A stretch of 64,000 nucleotides of DNA. It comes from Chiloscyllium plagiosum. Lineage: Eukaryota. The notes beneath the pieces were generated by a model that saw only the letters and a list, made by a program, of their open reading frames with translations, ran no database searches and was not told where the DNA came from. The DNA is taken from positions 18,043,748-18,107,747 of the forward strand of contig NC_057718.1 in assembly GCF_004010195.1 (NCBI RefSeq), written 5' to 3'. Below are positions 37,280 through 49,067 of this stretch, piece after piece (position 1 is the first letter of the stretch; each line of letters begins with the position of its first letter). The position numbers and the translations under genes are program-made.

Positions 37280-38884
37280 TCTCACTCTACCGCAAACCCA
37301 CGGATAACCTCACGATGCTACACTTCTCCAGTTTTCACCATAAACATATTAAAACAGCCATTTCCTGTGGACAAACCCTATGCAAACACAGGATTTGTTT
37401 AGATGAGGAGGAACGTGACAGACACTTGGAAGTACTCAGGGATGCCCTCATAAGAATAGGGTTCTATGCTCAACTCATCGACCACCAGTTCCGACATGCC
37501 ACAGCGAGGAACCGTAAAGACCTCCTCAGGAGACAGACACGAATTGCAATCAACAGGGTGCCCTTCGTTGTCCAGTACTTCCCAGGAGCTGAAAAACTGC
37601 CATGTTCTTCGCAGACTGCAAATCATTAGCAATGAGGATGAACACTTCACCAAGACCTTCACCTCTCGCTTTTAAATAACCACCAAACCTCAAACAGATC
37701 ATTGTTCGTAGCAAACTGCCCAATTTTCAGGACAACACCATACAAGCTTGTCACTTAGACGCTGCAAGACGTGTCAGAGTGTGGACACGGATAGCACCAT
37801 TACACATGGGGACACCTCCCACTGTGTACATGGCAGGTACTCATGTGACTCAGCCAACATTGTCTATCTTATACGCTGCAGGCAAGGATGCCCTGAGGCA
37901 TGGTATATTGGTCAGACCGAGCAGAGGCTATGGCAACAGAAGATTGGACACCGCACAACAATCAACAGACAGGAGTGTTCCCTCCCAGTTGGAGAACATT
38001 TCAGCGGTCTGGGACATTCGGCCTTGGACCTTTGAATGACCATCCTCTAAGGCAGACTTCAGGACAGGGAACAATGCAAAATGGCCGAGCAGAGGCTGAT
38101 AGCCAAGCTTGGTACCCAAGGGGATGGTCTCAACCGGGATCTTGGGTTCATGTCAGACTAAGGTGACCTCATTGCACTATACATACACACACACACACAC
38201 TCCTACAGACCATCACTCACACAGACCTTCTTTCATATACAAGCTCTCTCTCATACGCTTACACATACATATCCCCCACACTCACACCCACATACACCCT
38301 CTCACAGACTTATAGCCCTTTACACTCACATATACACGTACACACACAGTCTCATAGACACTCATACCCCTTCCCCCCCACACACAGACTGACCCACATG
38401 AACACAAACATATAAGTTTGTGGGGTGAATTTGTACTTGCAGAATTACATTTTATTTTGCTCAAAAACTGCATGAATCCATTTAAGATTCTATTAAATCC
38501 TTTTTTTAGAAATAGAATCAGTCTGAACATTGGGGCACAGACAGACAGACTTTAGCCTCACACCTTCAATGCATTATCTGAGTTGACATGGCACATATTG
38601 TTAAAGTTCACTTGAGAATGTAACTTTTAAAAAATGTTCTGGGATTTACAAATGAAAGAATTGAAACCAACATGGTCATTCTAAAAGATGATAGACTTAA
38701 CAAACAATCCAGGTCTTTTTCACTATATCATTTCAGTTGTGTCACACTGTAAACTTTTGTTGTAACATCTGTATCTTATGATCTTATACTCCAGAACCCC
38801 CTGATGAAGGAACAGCACTCTGAAAGCTAGTGCTTCCAAATAAACCTGTGGGACTATAACCTGGTGTTGTGTGATTTTTAACTT
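37280..38884 (+). mobile_element. Penelope-like element family B, 3' part (RT C-terminus, GIY-YIG, CA-rich 3' region, hammerhead remnant)
   Basis: YRKPTDNLTMLHFSSFH...HRIC; CKTC...SCDSANIVYLIRCRQGCPEAWYIGQT (GIY-YIG); CTGATGAAGGAACAGCACTCTGAAAG at 38801. Confidence 0.88.
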
Positions 38885-39874
38885 CTCCAGCAACATCTTT
38901 GTCATTTTTTTTCTGTATCTTTAAAAGTTTAATAACATCCTTCCTACAGCAGGGTGACCCGAATTGTATGCAGTATTCTAAAAGTGGCCTCATCTATGTC
39001 CCGTACAGCTGCAACATTATGTCTCAACTCCTATACTCAATGCGCTGACCAAGGAAGGCTAGCGTGCCAAACACCTTATTCGCCTACTTGTCTACCTGTG
39101 ATGCCATTTTCAAGAAACTATGAACCCCCATCATTTGCTATTTCTTTGGTTACAGAACCCATATATATTGATCTGGCAAAACAGAATCATGTGAATTAGG
39201 AGCAAGCGAAGGCTGTTCTGCCCCTCTAGCCTGGTCTATCACTTGATAAGATGATGGTTCATCTAGTTATGACCTCTACTTTCCTGGCTACCTCTCTGGT
39301 CTTTGGCATCCCTTGGCTGTCTAGAACCTCTTAAATATATTCAATGACCCAGCCTCCACTGCTCTTTGGGATGAGATTTCCTTAGACTAACAACCACCTG
39401 AGAGAGCAAAAATATCTCCTCATCTCTTATTTTGAAATTGTCTCCAAAATTCTAATGTCTCCCATAAGGTGAAACTTCCAGCCAGCACCTACCCTGCAAA
39501 CTGATTAAACTTGTAATTTGTAGAAATTAATTTAATTCTTTTGACATTCATAGATGTGTTTCCTCAGAGGGGATCCTGTTTGAGTGCAGCCAACACTTCA
39601 GCCAGATCAAATCACCAAACCTGTCGCACAACACATTTTATTTCTTCGAAATGTGACCCCATGTCCATCAGAGAATCCCAGATAAATAGAAACATGAAGC
39701 AGCATTTAGCTAAGCATGTTACAAGTCCAAAAAAAGTAAGTCAGAGCAACACTTTCTGTTCACCTCTGCAGCTGGTTGGAATTGAAGGGCAGGACAGTCA
39801 AGAGCTGTTGTTGATTGACTGTCTGGGCTTTATCTTGTTCAACAGTTATTTGGTGTAAATCTGCTGCTCCGTGA

Positions 39875-40092
39875 AGTCATAAAATCAGATGTACAGAATG
39901 AAACAGACCCTTCTGTGCAATTCGTCCATGCTGACCAGATATCCTAAATTAATCTAGTCCCATTTGTCGGCACTTGGCCCATCTCCCTCTAAACCCTTCC
40001 TATTCATATACCCATCCAGAGGCCTTTTAAATGTTGTAATTGTACCAGCCTCCACCCCTTCATCTAGCAGCTCATTCCATACACACACCACC
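39875..40092 (-). mobile_element. CR1 3' end
   Basis: Tail and 3'UTR similar to the 21423 copy. Confidence 0.8.
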
Positions 40093-40587
40093 CACAAGGA
40101 CTGATCCCACAGTCTCATTCATGGTTTGAAAATGTTAAGTTAATGCAGGAAATTGTTGAGCTTTGTTTTGTCTTCAGTGCCGAATCACCTAAACTCGAGA
40201 ATTTCCTCTCAAAATCTCTCTACTTGTCGTCCTTGAAGATTCTCAATAAACCTACTTCTTTAACCAAGATTTAGTCAGTTATTCTGATATCTCCTGAAAA
40301 AAAGAAAGGTTTTTTGACAGCCACTCAATGTATTGAAGTGCTTTATGTTGAATGAAATATCTTGAGGTCTTGGCCAGCTTTCCAAATCCTCCCATTTTTC
40401 TTTCTGTCAGCTCTATCTTTGAAGTGTCTGAGGTTCTGTCCTACCTTTAGAGTCTTCCCTTTATCTGTCATGTCCTTTCAACTTCGGATCCTGGCTCTGA
40501 CGATTTTTTTTTTGCTTGCTGCCAATGTTCTTTATCTTGTGTTTCAAACTACTACTGCCACACTGAGATATCAGTCTGGAATATCAC

Positions 40588-40965
40588 TGACAATAGACAA
40601 TAGACAATAGGTGCAGGAGTAGGCCATTCAGCCCCTCAAGCCTGCACCGCCATTCAACATGATCATGGCTGATCATTCCTAATCAGTATCCTGTTCCTGC
40701 CTTATCTCCATAACCCTTAATTCCACTATCTTTGAGAGCTCTATCCAACTCTTTCTTAAATGAATCCAGAGACTGGGCCTCCACTGCCCTCTGGGGCAGA
40801 GCATTCCACACAGCCACCACTCTCTGGGTGAAGAAGTTTCTCCTCATCTCTGTTCTAAATGGTCTACACCGTATTTTTAAGCCGTGTCCTCTGGTTCGGC
40901 ACTCACCCATCAGCGGAAACATGTTTCCTGCTGCCAGAGTGTCCAATCCTTTCGTAATCTTATAC
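40588..40965 (-). mobile_element. CR1 LINE 3' end, well preserved subfamily with (CTATTGT)n tail
   Basis: MYKITKGLD...RRNFFTQRVVAVWNALPQ...GIKGYG; GACAATAGACAATAGACAATAG. Confidence 0.9.
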
Positions 40966-41008
40966 ATCTGGAGATGTCTACCCTGACACAGTCTTTTTAC
41001 CTGCTTTG

Positions 41009-41186
41009 GGGTAAAAACAATGACTGCAGATGCTGGAAACCAGATTCTGGATCAGTGGTGCTGGAAGAGCACAGCAATTCAGGCAGCATCCGACAAGCAG
41101 CAAAATTGACGTTTCGGGCAAAAGCCCTTCATCAGGAATCCTGATGAAGGTCTTTTGCCCGAAACGTCAATTTTGCTGCTCATCGG
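41009..41186. mobile_element. Head-to-head hammerhead palindrome mini-element with perfect 15-bp TSD
   Basis: TTTTTACCTGCTTTG at 40994-41008 and 41187-41201; hammerheads at 41105-41135 (-) and 41141-41171 (+) separated by 5 nt. Confidence 0.88.
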
Positions 41187-41214
41187 TTTTTACCTGCTTT
41201 GTCCATTTTTTTTG

Positions 41215-41528
41215 GAATCCCTAAGTATGGAAACAGGCCCTTTGGCCCAACAAGTCGACACTGATCCTCTGGAGGGTAACCCACCCAGACCCGTTCCCCA
41301 AACCTATTGCTCTACATTTAACCCGACTAATGGGCAATTTAGCATGGTCAATTCACCAAACCTGCACATCTTTGGATTGTGAGAGGAAACTGGAGCACCT
41401 GGAGGAAACCCGCACAGACACAGGGAGAACGTGCAAACTCCACACTGACTGTTGCTCGAGGCTGGAATTGAACCGGGGTCTCTGGTGCTGTGAGGCATCA
41501 GTGCTAACCACTGAGCCACCGTGCCGCC
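41215..41528 (-). mobile_element. HE1-type SINE
   Basis: Reverse-complement head GGCGGCACGGTGGCTCAGTGG, V-domain and tail. Confidence 0.9.
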
Positions 41529-41657
41529 CAGCTTATCCACCATGTCCTGCTTATCTCTAAGCAGGACTCGAGCTCTTATGTTTGAGTACATGAGTAGTGA
41601 AGTCTTGCTTCAGGAACCTGGAGTACTGTATGCAGTTTTACGTCTCCTTATCTCAAG

Positions 41658-43935
41658 AAAAAGTCAGAAGTCACATGACATCAGATTATAGTCCAACAGC
41701 TTTATTTGAAATCACAAGTTTTCGGAGCATAGCCCTTTCAGCAGATGAAGTGAGAGAGAAGCAAACAGACAAAGAATTTATGGGCAGACAGAGATCAAGG
41801 ACTGAGAGATCAAAAGACTATACAAATGGTGTGAATTGTAAGTCTCTGCAGGTGATCCGAAGTGTTAGGTGGTGTGAGTAAAGTGTCAACAGCTGAATAA
41901 CAAGTGAAGGGATGATCTATAATCTGATTAAATGAGGCAGAGAGACAACTACAAAAAAATTAAAACTAAGGTGGTGCTGGAGACAAGTTAAATGACTGGA
42001 ATAACATGATAGGGACAAGAGTTGCATGCGAAGGATCTAACCAAAGTAATAAATAATCCAAAACTGTACATATTAATTAAGGTAGAGAGATCATACCAAT
42101 ACATCAAGGTGACCATTTCAAAACAGAGGAGTAAGCAAGTTTTTACAGATACAGAACAGTGTGGTGGGGTTACATGTAGTGTGACATGAACCCAAGATCA
42201 CAGTTGAGGCCATCTTCATGGGTACGAAACTTGGCTATCAGTCTCTGCTCAGTGATTCTGTGTTGTTGTGCACCACGAAGGCCACCTTGGAGCACACTTA
42301 CCCAAAGATCGGAGGCTGAATGCCTTTGACCGTTGAAGATTTCCACGACTGGGAGGGAACATTCCTGTCTGGTGATTCATCAGTTGTCATAGCATCTGCA
42401 CAGTCTCACCAATGTACCATGACTTGCAGCATCCTTAAATATATGAGATAGACAACATTAGCTGAGTCACATGACTATTTGCTGTATAAGTAGTGGGTAG
42501 TGTTCCCATGTGTGATGGCAGTATCCATGTCAATGATCTGACATGACTTGTAGAGGTTGCCATGGCACGGTTGTGTGGTGTTGTGGTTGATATTGTCCTG
42601 AAGGCTGGGTAGTTTGCTACGAACAATGGTCTGGTTAAGGTTTGGTGGTTGTTTGAAGGCGAGAAGTGGAGGCGTAGGAATGATCTTGGTGAGATGCTCA
42701 TCATCATCAATTATGTGTTGAAGGCTGCGAAGAACATGGTGTAGTCTCTCTGCACTGGGGAAGTACTGGATGATGAAGGGTACTCTGTCGCTCGTATCCT
42801 GTGTCGGTCTTTTGAGGAAGTCCTTGTGGTTTTTCATTATGGCACGCTGGAACTGGCGATCGATGAGTTGAGCACCGTATCCTGTTTGTATGAGGGCATC
42901 ATTCAAAATCTTTAGCTGTCTGTTGTGTTCCTCCTCATCTGAGCAGATCCTGTGTAAGTGCAGGGCTTGTCCATAGGGAATGGCTTCTTTAATATGTTCA
43001 GGCTGGAAGTTAGAGAACCGTAGCATCATGAAATTTTCTCTGGGCATGTGGTAGAGTGAGGTGCTGAGATGTGCATCCTTGATGAAGATGGATGTGTCCA
43101 AGAGTGAGACTGATGCTGAAGAGTAGTCCATGGTAAGTTTGATGGTGGGGTGAAACTTGTTGACATCGCTATGTAGTCATTTCAGTGATTCCTCACCATG
43201 GATCCAAAGGAAGAAAATGTTGTCGATGTATGTGGTGTACAGCATTGGTCAGAGTTCCTGTGAAATGAAGAAGTCTTGCTTGAACCTGTGCATGAAAATG
43301 ATGGCATATAGGGATGCAAGTATGGCCCTGGTGTGTCTGGAAAAGAATTGATTTTCGAAGGTGAAGACATTGTGGTCGAGGCGAGGATGAAGTGGATGTA
43401 TTGTAGGACGGTGCTTGGATATTGGCAGTTGTTGGTGTGGAGTACTGAGGCTGTTGTGGCAATGCCATCATCATGGAGGATGCTGGTGTAGACTGCCGAA
43501 ACATCTATTGTGACGAGGAATATTCCTGGTTTGACTGGTCCATGGTGCTGAGGTTCTGTAAGAAACTAGTGTCATGACAGAAGATGGGGCTTCCATGTAT
43601 AATTGAAGAAGCCCTCAACATTGCCAGAGGGGTTCTCACACAGGGCCCCATTGCCTGATACAATGGGATGTCCAGGTGTATTGGCTTTGTGTATCTTCAG
43701 AAGGCATTAGAAGTCTCCTGCATGAGACATATGTGGGATAAGAATACGGCTGAAGAATCTAGCGTTAATGCATCTCCTGACGACTTGAGCATATGTCTCG
43801 ATCGTGGGCAGTGGCCTTCCAGAGTGGTCCAATTTGACTGTTTCTTCTTTGGTCTGTGTACCACAGATCTCTTGGTCGATTGTTCTGGTTCATTGATTGT
43901 CTCATTGGGCTCACTGCTGACATCTTGGTTTTGGG
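41658..43935 (-). mobile_element. Penelope-like family B, decayed RT + GIY-YIG + terminus
   Basis: ORF 42475-43131 (LLDT...AIPYGQAL..HRICSDEE...AFKQPPNL); upstream RT motifs; terminus related to 38800-38884. Confidence 0.88.
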
Positions 43936-44421
43936 GCAACTACACCACTTACATGCACACCAAGAACAAGAAACTGGAGACAGTTGGTATCACCACTAGT
44001 ACCCTGGTACCATGATAGAAAGCGGTGTTGCCACAGAGAAATCCATCATCAATTTGTCTGGCCACACTCTTTAACCGGACGAAATCCAAGTTCTCAGCCG
44101 AGTGCTCAATTTCTGCCCCACTACCAAAATGGACCCCATTGGTCTGGCGGCAGACAGAGAGGAATTCATCAGGCGAATGAGGCTCTAGGAATTATTTCAC
44201 ACACCCCAAGATGTCAGCAGCGAGCCCAATGAGACAACCAATGAAATGGAACACTTGACCGAGAGATCCGTGGTGCAGCGACCAAAGAAGAAAGAGTCAA
44301 ATTGGACCCCTCTGGAAGGACGCTACCCCAGCTTGACACATATGCTGAAGCCATCAGGAGATGTGTTAATTCCAGATTCATCAGCCACACTCACAACATA
44401 GTGCAGAACATCACCCAAGCA

Positions 44422-47130
44422 GTAAGATCAGAGAAGATGTTAAAAGGTTGTGGGAGGATGTGGCATTATTAGTCAAGGACAGTATTACTGCTGCAGAAAG
44501 GATGTATGAGGACTCATCTACTGAGGTAGAATGGGCTGAGGTTAGAAACAGGAAAGGAGAGGTCGCCCTCTGGGGAGTTTTCTACAGGCCTCTGAATAGT
44601 TTCAGAGATGTAGATGAAAGGATAGCAAAGGTGATTCTCGATAGGACTGAGAGTGACAGGGTACTTGTTATGGGGGTGTTTAACTTTCCAAATATTGACT
44701 GGGAATACTATAATTCAAGTAGTTTAGGTGGGTCAGTTTTTGTTCACTATGTGCAGGAAGGTTTCTTGACAGAGAATGTGGACAGGCCAACAAGGGGCAA
44801 GGCCACATTGGATTTGGTATCGGGTAATGAACCCGGACAAGTGTTATATTTGGAGGTAGGTGAGCACTTTAGTAATAGTGACCACAATTTGGTTACGTTT
44901 ACTTTAGCGATGGAAAGGGATAGGTATATACCACAGGGCAAGAGTCATAGCTGGGAAAAAGGCAATTATGATGTGATTAGGCAAGATTTAGGATGTATAG
45001 GATGGGGAAGGAAACTGCAGGGGTTGTGCACAATTGAAATGTGAAGCTTATTCAAGGAACAGCTACTACAGATCCTTGATAAGTATGTACCATTCAGGCA
45101 GGGAGGAAGTTGTTGAGCTGTGGTTTACTAAGAAAGTTGAATTTCTTGTCAAGAGGAAGAAGAAGGCTTAAGTTAGGATGAGATGTGAAGGTTCAGTTAG
45201 GGCGCTTCAGAGTTACAAGTTAGCCAGGAAAGACCTAAAGAAAGAGTTAAGAAGAGCCAGGAGGAGACATGAGAAATTGTTGGCAGATAGGATCAAGGAA
45301 AGCCCTAAGGCCTTCTTTCGGTATATCAGGAATAAAAGAAAGACTAGAGTAACATCAGGGCCAATCAACAATAGTAGTGGGAAGTTGTGCGCGGAGTTAG
45401 AGGGGATAGGGGAAGTGCTAAATGAATACTTTCCAAGAAGGGGAGTAGAGACAACCCTGGTAATTGTATACCAGTGAGCCTTACTTAGGTTGTGGGTGAA
45501 GTGTTAGAAAAGGTTATAAGAGATTAGATTACATACAGTGTGGAAACAGGCCCTTCGGCCCAACAAGTCCACACCGCCCCGCCGAAGCGCAACCCACCCA
45601 TACCCCTACCCCTACATCCTTCCCTTACCTAACACAACGGGCAATTTAGCCTGGCCAATTCACCTGACCTGCACATCTTTGGACTGTGGGAGGAAACCGG
45701 AGCACCCGGAGGAAACCCACGCAGACACGGGGAGAACGTGCAAACTCCACACAGTCAGTCGCCTGAGGCGGGGATTGAACCCGGGTCTCTGGCGCTGTGA
45801 GGCAGCAGTGCTAACCACTGGGCCACCGTGCCGCCCACTAATTATAGGATTTATAATCATCTAGAAAGGAATAAGTTGATTAGGGAAAGTCAACAAAGCT
45901 TTGTGAAGGGTAAGTTGTGCCTCACAAACCTTATTGAGTTCTTTGAGCAGGTGACCAAACAGGTGGATGAGGGTAAAACAATGGTGTATATGGATTTCAA
46001 GAAAGCATTTGATAAGGTTCCCCGTGGTAGGCTATTGCACAAAATATAGAGGCAAAGGATTGAGAGTGATTTAGTGGTTTGGATCAGAAATTGGCTAGCT
46101 GAAAGAAGACAGAGGGTGGTGGTTGATAGGAAATGTTCATCCTGGAGTTCACTTATGAGTGTTATACCGCAAGGATCTGTTTTGGGTTCACTGCTGTTTA
46201 TCATTTTTATAAATGACCTGGATGAGGGCGTAGAAGGATGGGTGTGTAAATTTGTGGATTAAGGTCGGTAGAGTTGTGGATAGTGCAGAAGGATGTTGTA
46301 TGTTACAGACAGACATAGATAAGCTGCAGAGCTGGGCTGAAAGATGTCAAATGGAGTTTAATGCGAAAAAGTGTAAAGTGATTCACTTTGAAAGGAGCAA
46401 CTGGAATGTAGAGTACTGGGTGAATGGTAAGATTCTTGGTAGTGTAGATGAGCAGAGGGATCTCAGTGTCCATGTACATAGATCCTTGAAAGTTGTCACC
46501 CAGGTTGATAGGGTTGCTAAGAGGGCATACAGTGTGTTAGCTTTCATTGGTAGAGGGCTTGAGTTTCAGAACAGTGAGTTCATGCTGCAGCTGTACAAAA
46601 CTCTGGTGCGGCTGCATTGGGAGTATTGTGTACAGTTCTGGTCACAACATTATAGGAAGGATGTGGAAGGTTTCATAGGAGATTTACTAGGATGTTGCCT
46701 GGTATGGAGGGAAGGTCTTATGATGAAAGGCTGAGGGATTTGAGGCTGTTTTAGTTAGAGAAGAAGTTGAGAGGTAACTTAGTTGAGAACATGTAAGATA
46801 ATCAAAAGGTTAGATAGGGTGGACAGTGAGAGCCTTTTTCCTCGGATGGCGATGGCTAGCACGAGGGGACATAGCTTTAAATTGAGGGGTGATAGTTATA
46901 GGACAGATGCCAGAGGTAGTTTCTTTATTCAGAGAGTAGTAGGGGTGTGGAACTCACTGCCTGCAACAGTAGCAGACTTGCCAACTTTAAGGGTATTTAA
47001 ATGGGCATTAGATAGGCATATGGATGAAAATGGAATAGTGCAGGATAGATGGGCTTCCGATTGGTTTCACAGGATGGCACAATATTGAGCGGAAGGGCCT
47101 GTATTGTGCTGTAATGTTCTATGTTCTATG
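44422..47130 (+). mobile_element. CR1 LINE ORF2 pseudogene (APE + RT), with nested HE1 SINE
   Basis: GVFYRP, MGVFNFPNIDW, TLDLV, SDHN; YMDFKKAFDKV, PQGSVLG; tail TTCTATGTTCTATG. Confidence 0.93.
45523..45836 (-). mobile_element. HE1-type V-SINE, full length, young
   Basis: CpG-rich intact head, V-domain and tail. Confidence 0.93.
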
Positions 47131-48979
47131 TGCAATGTAATGCCATCCAGGCTCTCAAGATCAATCACAACATTGTCATCAAACCAGCAGTCAAATGAGG
47201 AGCAATTGTCATATAGAATAGAACAGTCTACTGCAAAGAAGTGTACCAACAACGGAACAACTAGAAACACTAAAGACAACAAACTATCATTCCAGCCAAA
47301 TAACACATCTATCAACTGAACAGACTGATGAAGGCCTTTGATCCAGTCCTTCAGAGCTTTCTATGCACTCTCGTCCCCCATACGTCTCACGTAGGGGACT
47401 TCGACTGCCTTCCAAAGGTTCACAAAGCCAATACACCTGGATGTCCCAAAATATCAGGCTGTGGGACCCTGTGAGAGAACCTCTTTGGCTATGTTGAGGA
47501 CATCTTGAAACCAGTTGTACAAGGAACCCCCAGCTTGTTGTGACACTACAGATTTCTTAAAGAACCTCACACCCATGAACCAGGAACAACCCTTGTCATA
47601 ATAGATGCTTCGGCACTCTACACCAGCATCCCCCTCAATGACAGCATCACTGCAACAGCCTCAGTACTCAACACCAATAAGTGCCAATCTCCAGACACCA
47701 TCCTACAAATCATCTGCTTCATCCTTGACCACAATGTCTGCACCTTCAACAGTCAGTTCTTTGTCCTGACGCACAGAAGAGCCAATAGGACCAAATTAGC
47801 ACCCCAATATGCCAACATTTTCATGCACACATTCAAGCAAGTCTTCTTGCTACACAGGACCTCCTACTAATGTTATACACCAGATACATGGACGAAATTT
47901 TCTTCCTTTGGACCCATGCTGAGGAATCACTGAAATGACTACATAGTGATATCAATATGTTTCAGCCCACCATCAGACATACCATGGACTACTCTTCAGA
48001 ATCAGTCTCACTCTTGGACATATGCATCTCCATCAAGGACAGACACCTCAGTACCTCATTCTACTGCAAGCCCAGAGATACCCTCACGATGCTGCACTTC
48101 TGTAGCTTCCATTCTAAATATATTAAAGCAGCCATCCCTAATGGACAAGTCCTGCATATACATAGGATCTGCTCAGATGAAGAGGAACGTGACAGACAAC
48201 TGAAGATTTTAGTTGGTTCTGTCAATGGTGATATGACCCCACTTTTAATTTTGCTATCTACCAGAGATTTTACTTTTGTCATCAAAAGAAAAGGAATTTT
48301 CTTGGAGGTGTATAAACAGATGAGTTTGGCAACTTCTTGGAGAGTCATGTGATACTCCTCATTCAATTTGCTTAAACTTTTAAATAACTTTAGAAATTCT
48401 TGCTAAAATTCTCTCCTGTGTTCAATCTGGAATACTATATTCGCTCTTTCCAGGAGGCTGAGAAAATTGCATGTTTAATAATGAGGTATTCTGATTCCCT
48501 GCTATATAACACCGACATATCGTCCTCTGTGAGCAAGCTTTGTTGTGATTTACCTGAAGACCTGTGTCCCCTGAACCTTGGAGTTTTATGTTAACTGGCT
48601 AAAGTCTCACAGACTTTGATCGTGGCAAACTTTCTGCAAATATTGAAGAAAAACTGCTTTCACATCAAGTTTAATTTCTGTTTCAAACCCTTGTATCTTC
48701 ACTGTAATGGTCTATAGTCTGTTTTGGCTTGTTTCAATCCTTTCTCTAAATAGGGCTCTTGAACTCCTTATGGACTGTAACACTCCTTAACTTATGTCTG
48801 TATACATTAGGTTCTCAAATACTGCTCTCTGTATAGCATTCAAAACCTTTTTCTTCACATGCCTGTTCTAGCCTGGTATTTTCTCTCTTACTAATATCAG
48901 AACCAAGTGATCAATTATATTACAATGATTTTCATGAATTTCACTATACCAGACTCAGACCTTGTAATGCAGAGGTGAA

Positions 48980-49067
48980 AATGTGTTGCTGGAAAAGTGC
49001 AGCAGGTCAGGCAGCATCCAAGGAGCAGGAGAATCGATGTTTCGGGCATGAGCCCTTCTTCAGGAAT
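48980..49067 (-). mobile_element. PLE-terminus mini-insert with hammerhead
   Basis: Reverse complement ATTC-CTGAAGA-A-GGGC-TCAT-GCCC-GAAAC-ATC-GATT (49032-49067); possible TSD AGGTGAA(A/C)ATGT. Confidence 0.78.

Larger units (their letters stand above)
36345..39125 (-). mobile_element. CR1 LINE 3' region fragmented by PLE insertions
   Basis: CR1 pieces at 36345-36510, 36970-37279 and 38885-39125 (MRPLLEYCIQFGSP) are collinear. Confidence 0.75.
43936..48205 (+). mobile_element. Oppositely oriented family-B PLE copy split by a CR1 insertion
   Basis: 44205-44380 mirrors 43755-43930; the frame QNITQA (44405-44421) continues at ~47133 as QCNAIQALKINHNIVIKPAVK*GAIV (KPADKG motif); RT motifs extend to 48205. 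Confidence 0.82.

Noticed and set aside
39554..39736. Open frame between an AG acceptor and a GTAAGT donor
   Set aside because: Peptide not recognisable and splice context weak; compatible with chance.
47324..47345. Hammerhead at CTGATGAAGGCC
   Set aside because: No closing stem II or GAAA; it lies inside a PLE RT coding remnant.
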